A program made the position numbers and the translations under genes. Below are positions 59,724 to 64,000 of a stretch of DNA of 64,000 nt, piece by piece. The notes under the pieces are model-generated. The model worked only from the letters and a program-made list of their open reading frames with translations, made no database searches and had not been told where the DNA came from. Positions within the stretch are counted from its first letter, which is position 1, and every line of letters begins with the position of its first letter. Origin of the DNA: a virus; IMG/VR virus record IMGVR_UViG_3300027714_000008, positions 1 through 64,000 of that record. One strand, given 5' to 3'.

Positions 59724-59726
59724 TCT

Positions 59727-60470
59727 TCAATACCGATCATATTTTTCTATTAAACCGCTGTAGTGTTGGATTATAACACCTTTCTCTGGCTTTGTAAACC
59801 CTTTAATTTCATACGTCATATACCAATTCCATCTCTCACCATCTTCAAAGGAACCTACTTTAAGATCTTTATAATAAGGGTGTTCCTCTGTTAAAAACCA
59901 TAAAGTGAATTGATCGAATTGACGTAATACTTCTGGATGCAAATCAAAATCTTGTTTACCATCTTTATATGCAGGCCACCAATTTCCAGCAAATTGATTG
60001 CGGTAATATTCGTTCCACATTTTCATAAAACTTTGAACTATAGGTTTTCTAATATCATAAAGAACTATGCCACCACAAAGTTTCATTTCTCCACCACGCC
60101 ACTTACGAATTGCAAACAAAGAATCTTTGTCCACAGGCAAATCAACAAAGGCTATGTCGTTTCCTTTAAGTTGATCAAATGCAAACTCAATATCTTCATG
60201 TATGATTTCTACGTCAGCGTCAACATACATTGTAATATCAAAAGGAGTCTTATCTAAAGCCCATAGCTTTTCTCTTACATGGTCACCGCAATATATTAAG
60301 TGGTCCGCAATAGATTCGCGCCCATCACAGAAAGCTTCCTCTGTAACAAGACAAACTTTAGCGTCTGGATAGTTATCTCTAATAGAATTTATTGCGTTTA
60401 TAGCTAAATCAAAAAACCTAGGTTTAGTAGATGCTACAAGTAAAAACCCTTTAGTCGGTTCCGTTTTCAT
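59727..60470 (-). CDS. glycosyltransferase (GT-A, GT8-like)
   Basis: TPFDITMYVDAD, CGGIVLY, DQFTLW, RWN, IQHY. Confidence 0.75.
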   Translation of the reverse strand: MKTEPTKGFLLVASTKPRFFDLAINAINSIRDNYPDAKVCLVTEEAFCDGRESIADHLIYCGDHVREKLWALDKTPFDITMYVDADVEIIHEDIEFAFDQLKGNDIAFVDLPVDKDSLFAIRKWRGGEMKLCGGIVLYDIRKPIVQSFMKMWNEYYRNQFAGNWWPAYKDGKQDFDLHPEVLRQFDQFTLWFLTEEHPYYKDLKVGSFEDGERWNWYMTYEIKGFTKPEKGVIIQHYSGLIEKYDRY

Positions 60471-60921
60471 TATTTAATACTTCCATCACAATCATCATAC
60501 AATATACATTAACTTCAACGACGTTTTGAGCTTTTCTTAATTTAGATTTTAAAACTCTATTAGTAGAATTTTTAATAGCGTCTATCTCGAAAGCAGAAAT
60601 CTTAGCTTCAAATAGTTGTTGAAGGTCTTTTGCTCTTGCTCTTTCTAATCTTGCTTGTTCTGCTTCAGTGCGTTCAACTAATTTCTTTTCGTTACGTTCG
60701 TTAGTGTTGGCAGTGATTGCTTCAAAAGTTATAGCATCAAGAACTTCTTTAAAGTCTGGATTTTCATTTCCATCAACATCAAATTTATTTACAGTAAGTT
60801 GTTGAGTAGTAGAATTTTCATTCTCATCGACAATCGTTAAAATTGTTGTTATTCTATTTTGATCATAACTTTCCCAAAAGGACTTTTTATCCCAAGTGCG
60901 ATTATTCATAGTATTCTCCAT
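60451..60921 (-). CDS. hypothetical protein
   Basis: helical; LFEAKISAFEI..IKNS. Confidence 0.65.
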   Translation of the reverse strand: MENTMNNRTWDKKSFWESYDQNRITTILTIVDENENSTTQQLTVNKFDVDGNENPDFKEVLDAITFEAITANTNERNEKKLVERTEAEQARLERARAKDLQQLFEAKISAFEIDAIKNSTNRVLKSKLRKAQNVVEVNVYCMMIVMEVLNNENGTD

Positions 60922-60957
60922 TACTTTTAATTATATATATCAGTTATTATAACACAT

Positions 60958-62163
60958 TTAAGCTTTACGTACATACAAAGTATATGTTTCAATTGTACCA
61001 ACGCCAGAACCAATAGTTTCGCCTGCATAGTTACCAGTATAAGCACCAGTGTAGTTGCCAACGTAGTTACCAGTATAAGCACCAGTGTAGTTGCCAACAT
61101 AGTTACCAGTATAAGCACCAGTGTAGTTACCAACATAGTTACCAGTAAACGTTGCCGCACCTAAGAAGTTTGCCACATACTGGAATTGTTGACCACCGCC
61201 TTCATAATAAATAACTGTACGCACTCTTTGAAAGTTTGCACCATTTGGATTTACATAACCTGCTGAGTAAGTACCAGCATAAGTACCAGAATAATCTGCT
61301 GAGTAAGTAGCTGAGTAAGTACCAGAATAATCTGCTGAGTAGGTACCAGCATAAGTCCCAGAATAATCTGCTGAGTAGGTTACATCTGAAGTTGTTTTCT
61401 TTGTATCTGTTGCTGTACCTTGTGCTTGCCAAGTTCCAGTTGCAGATGGTACACCATTAGCAGATGATCTTAATTGATATGCACCAACATTATTTGCCGC
61501 CGCCATTGTGTACTTTCGTAACCAAGTACCGAATGTATGTTTAATTTCTGCATCGTCCATTTCTTGTAGACCATCGAAGCTTGAATCGTCATTTTTTATC
61601 TTGACAGGACGAACTGCTGTAGGAGCCGTCATTGTTTGACGTTGCCAAATACTATGTGTGATTGTGCTACCATTTGATGCTTGTGTGTCAGTAAAGACGT
61701 CTGCCAAATGTTCGTCGTAATCTGAACCAGGAGTAGACGAGGCTAACTTGTAAGTGCCTGGATAATTGCCTGCGAATACCACAGCAGACAAACGAGCTAA
61801 AAGCGTATTCATATTTGCATCTGTGAATTCATCTGTTGCGGTGTTATCATCATCCCACGTTATAGGTCTGTGAAAATCGCCACCATTAGTTGCTACAGAA
61901 CCAGACTTTTGAAATAGAACTGTATTAGTTGTACCTGTACTGATACCAGAACCTGGATGTGTGCCAATTGCTTGGTTGAAGAATGTGTTTGAGTACGTTC
62001 CTATATTAGTAGAACTTGAATTAGATGTTGTTAAAGCGGCTACAGCAGTTTGAGCTTGTGCGGCAAGATGTAATCCAGCTTGATACGAAAGATATGCTTC
62101 CTCAGTCGTGGTCATCTCTTTCAAGTTACCATTGGTATCACTTAATTTAATTGGGACACTCAT
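60958..62163 (-). CDS. virion protein with paired Tyr-tetrapeptide repeat arms
   Basis: (T/D)YS(A/G) arm and (N/A)Y(T/V)G arm flanking a unique segment. Confidence 0.7.
   Translation of the reverse strand: MSVPIKLSDTNGNLKEMTTTEEAYLSYQAGLHLAAQAQTAVAALTTSNSSSTNIGTYSNTFFNQAIGTHPGSGISTGTTNTVLFQKSGSVATNGGDFHRPITWDDDNTATDEFTDANMNTLLARLSAVVFAGNYPGTYKLASSTPGSDYDEHLADVFTDTQASNGSTITHSIWQRQTMTAPTAVRPVKIKNDDSSFDGLQEMDDAEIKHTFGTWLRKYTMAAANNVGAYQLRSSANGVPSATGTWQAQGTATDTKKTTSDVTYSADYSGTYAGTYSADYSGTYSATYSADYSGTYAGTYSAGYVNPNGANFQRVRTVIYYEGGGQQFQYVANFLGAATFTGNYVGNYTGAYTGNYVGNYTGAYTGNYVGNYTGAYTGNYAGETIGSGVGTIETYTLYVRKA
61026..61382 (-). repeat. two in-frame 12/36-bp tandem repeat blocks
   Basis: GTTACCAGTATAAGCACCAGTGTAGTTGCCAAC.TA about x3; TGCTGAGTAAGTACCAG units. 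Confidence 0.9.
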
Positions 62164-62173
62164 CTTTTATTCC

Positions 62174-62494
62174 TTATGTGTTCAGTAAAGTACCAGCTGC
62201 GTTATACACATTTGGTAATCGTCTATTCAACTCATTAACAGAGCTTACCAGCGATGTTTTGTTTGTAGTAGTCAAAGATGCCAATGAAAGAACTCCACCA
62301 CTATCACCATAAAAATTAGTCCTTAATGATAATACATCACTATCAACATCTGAGTGGACTTTATTAACAGCAACAACAAGTGATGTTGCAGAGTCCGTCA
62401 AAGATGTAAGATCACCTTGCAATATTCCAAGTTGATTTGTTTTATCTCTCCAACTAGCAATTGTAGTTGAAAGATCAACGTTGATTAATGACAT
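62174..62494 (-). CDS. small virion fibre-like protein
   Basis: WRDKTN, LTTTNKTSLVSSVNEL. Confidence 0.65.
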   Translation of the reverse strand: MSLINVDLSTTIASWRDKTNQLGILQGDLTSLTDSATSLVVAVNKVHSDVDSDVLSLRTNFYGDSGGVLSLASLTTTNKTSLVSSVNELNRRLPNVYNAAGTLLNT

Positions 62495-62495
62495 G

Positions 62496-62711
62496 TCATA
62501 ACTTCTCTATAATCTGGCTTAACATCATTTTAATATCTTTTACATCACTTTTAAGCTGGTTAATTTCTTCCCTTTCAGCCGCCTTAGTCTCTCTTTGGTT
62601 TACCCTGAGGTTCTTAATGCGATTGATCTCAGTGCTATTTATATTAATTATAGCACCTGTATTTTTATCTCTTGCTAATCCGCTATGACCTTCTACCTTC
62701 ACTAAATCCAT
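62496..62711 (-). CDS. conserved T4-like small coiled-coil protein
   Basis: VEGHSGLARDKNTGAIIN. Confidence 0.75.
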   Translation of the reverse strand: MDLVKVEGHSGLARDKNTGAIININSTEINRIKNLRVNQRETKAAEREEINQLKSDVKDIKMMLSQIIEKL

Positions 62712-64000
62712 TATGTGCCTAATGCAATAGTTCTTAACGCTTTAAATCTAGGTACGTCTGTTGACGATGTTGAACGCATTACTATTTTAATTTGGTAAGT
62801 AGTAAATGGTGCAAGGTCTCCTTGATATGTTCCACCTATGACATATTTATACTCTCTGAATACGTTATAATTTGTATCAATAGGAAGCGTATTATGATTT
62901 GAATCAGGTTCTACTTTTGATGCCTCTATCCAAGCAGTGTCTTCAATGCTTACGTCACCACCAGCATCTAACACTTTATAGAAAAGATCAAAGTCTGTAC
63001 CCTGAGGTCTATTGACATCAACAAGGACTTTAATACCAGTTGCAGGTTCAGCTAATAAAACAGGTATTGATATGTGTTTAGCCAAGGTAGATCCAAAGTT
63101 TGCAACTGTCTCAGCTACATAGCTTAATGGGACGTTAAATCCAGTTGTTGCCGCTGAATCTGGATTATCAATAATGTTGTGGACTGATATAACAGAAGCT
63201 CTTTGTAAGTCTACAGAAGGAGCCGCATATGAACTTGTTGTCACTAACTCCAAATCAATAGTATAAGAAGACCTAGTAAGGGCTGTGTCTCTAACAGCAG
63301 TCGCAATAACAGCTGGAGAATTTAAGAACGTATCCATTTTGTTTGCTGTTGCGTGTTTAGGTAAAGTCCCATAAGCAGTTTCACCACCACCAAAAGATTT
63401 AGAAGTTGTTAGACCAGCTACCATGCGATGATTTGTGCCATTTGGTTGAAGTATTTCAATATTAGGCTTAAAGCTATCTATGATATATTGTTGTGTAGCA
63501 AGGATGCTATTACCACCACCGAATATAGCTGAGTCTGCCGAACTGTCCATTTCAAATTTATAGCCAGTACCATCAATGTGAGTAACAGCTCTTGATCCTA
63601 AGATACTTGCACCTAAAACACCATTGATGCTAGTAGCAGAATCTAACCCACTTGAGTCAGAAGATATATGTACGACGTCATTTACTTGAAAGCCGTGGTT
63701 AGGATGTGCAACAGTAACAGTTGCATCACTTGCCGCAAATAGAAACGGATTACTTGTTAATGATTTTACAGGTGGCGGAGCCGCATTAAATCTTACTAAT
63801 GCGTTAGTGCCTGTGAAGTTGGCTCTATATACTTTAAAAGTTAAATCACGAGTCTGATCCGCTTCAAATACTCTACCATTAGCAGACTTAAAGAATATGC
63901 CTGCGTATGGATCTGTTTGAAGTCTTTCTGTTGTTGAACCTAGTTTGAAGTCACCTAACTTAGCAGTCCACACTTGATATGCATTACCAAGAGCATTTGA
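62711..64000 (-). CDS. large baseplate-associated protein (VrlC/DUF4815-like), 5' end outside the window
   Basis: frame open to the window edge; FKSANG...DLTFKVYRANF, VPRFKALRTIAL. Confidence 0.75.
   Translation of the reverse strand, partial: SNALGNAYQVWTAKLGDFKLGSTTERLQTDPYAGIFFKSANGRVFEADQTRDLTFKVYRANFTGTNALVRFNAAPPPVKSLTSNPFLFAASDATVTVAHPNHGFQVNDVVHISSDSSGLDSATSINGVLGASILGSRAVTHIDGTGYKFEMDSSADSAIFGGGNSILATQQYIIDSFKPNIEILQPNGTNHRMVAGLTTSKSFGGGETAYGTLPKHATANKMDTFLNSPAVIATAVRDTALTRSSYTIDLELVTTSSYAAPSVDLQRASVISVHNIIDNPDSAATTGFNVPLSYVAETVANFGSTLAKHISIPVLLAEPATGIKVLVDVNRPQGTDFDLFYKVLDAGGDVSIEDTAWIEASKVEPDSNHNTLPIDTNYNVFREYKYVIGGTYQGDLAPFTTYQIKIVMRSTSSTDVPRFKALRTIALGT

Noticed and set aside
61026-61382. 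36-bp repeats as a CRISPR array
   Set aside because: Contiguous in-frame coding repeats with no unique spacers and no cas genes
51129-62163. Diversity-generating retroelement acting on fibres
   Set aside because: No reverse transcriptase and no adenine-specific TR/VR pair seen in the window
1-64000. tRNA genes or stop-codon reassignment
   Set aside because: No cloverleaf recognised in the short intergenic gaps (tRNAscan not run); core genes are full length under the standard code

Overview
This is a 64-kb segment of a T4-like myovirus genome, AT-rich and read with the standard genetic code. The host is probably a marine alphaproteobacterium; this is inferred from the DUF1127, IbpA/ROSE, DUF6614-like and SleB-type genes. 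From left to right: (1) 0.3-8.4 kb, a late-promoter operon with paired membrane proteins, curli-type CsgF/CsgG, two curlin-like proteins, a FecR protein, a CHASE2 class III cyclase, a lipase and an SNase; (2) 8.4-15 kb, small early ORFs behind TTGACA promoters, interrupted by an amidinotransferase/ATE-like GNAT cluster and a SleB hydrolase; (3) 15-37 kb, the replication and recombination core (thyX, 41, uvsX, 43, regA, 62/44/45, 46/47, 55, uvsW, uvsY) with accessory genes (UDP-sugar dehydrogenase, cytidylyltransferase, AEP-like primase, Mom-like, Hsp20); (4) 36.5-64 kb, virion genes (3, 23, 22, 21, 20, 19, 18, 17, 16, 15, 14, 13, fibres, baseplate) with three glycosyltransferases and an oxygenase embedded among the tail genes. 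The strongest unexplained signal is a recurrent Asp-Ser-(Ala/Asp/Ser/Gly) motif in outward-facing virion proteins, next to phage-encoded glycosyltransferases. It suggests a sequon-directed virion modification system. The second is a curli-pore/FecR/cyclase trans-envelope module. All family calls come from motif recognition by eye; no searches were run.
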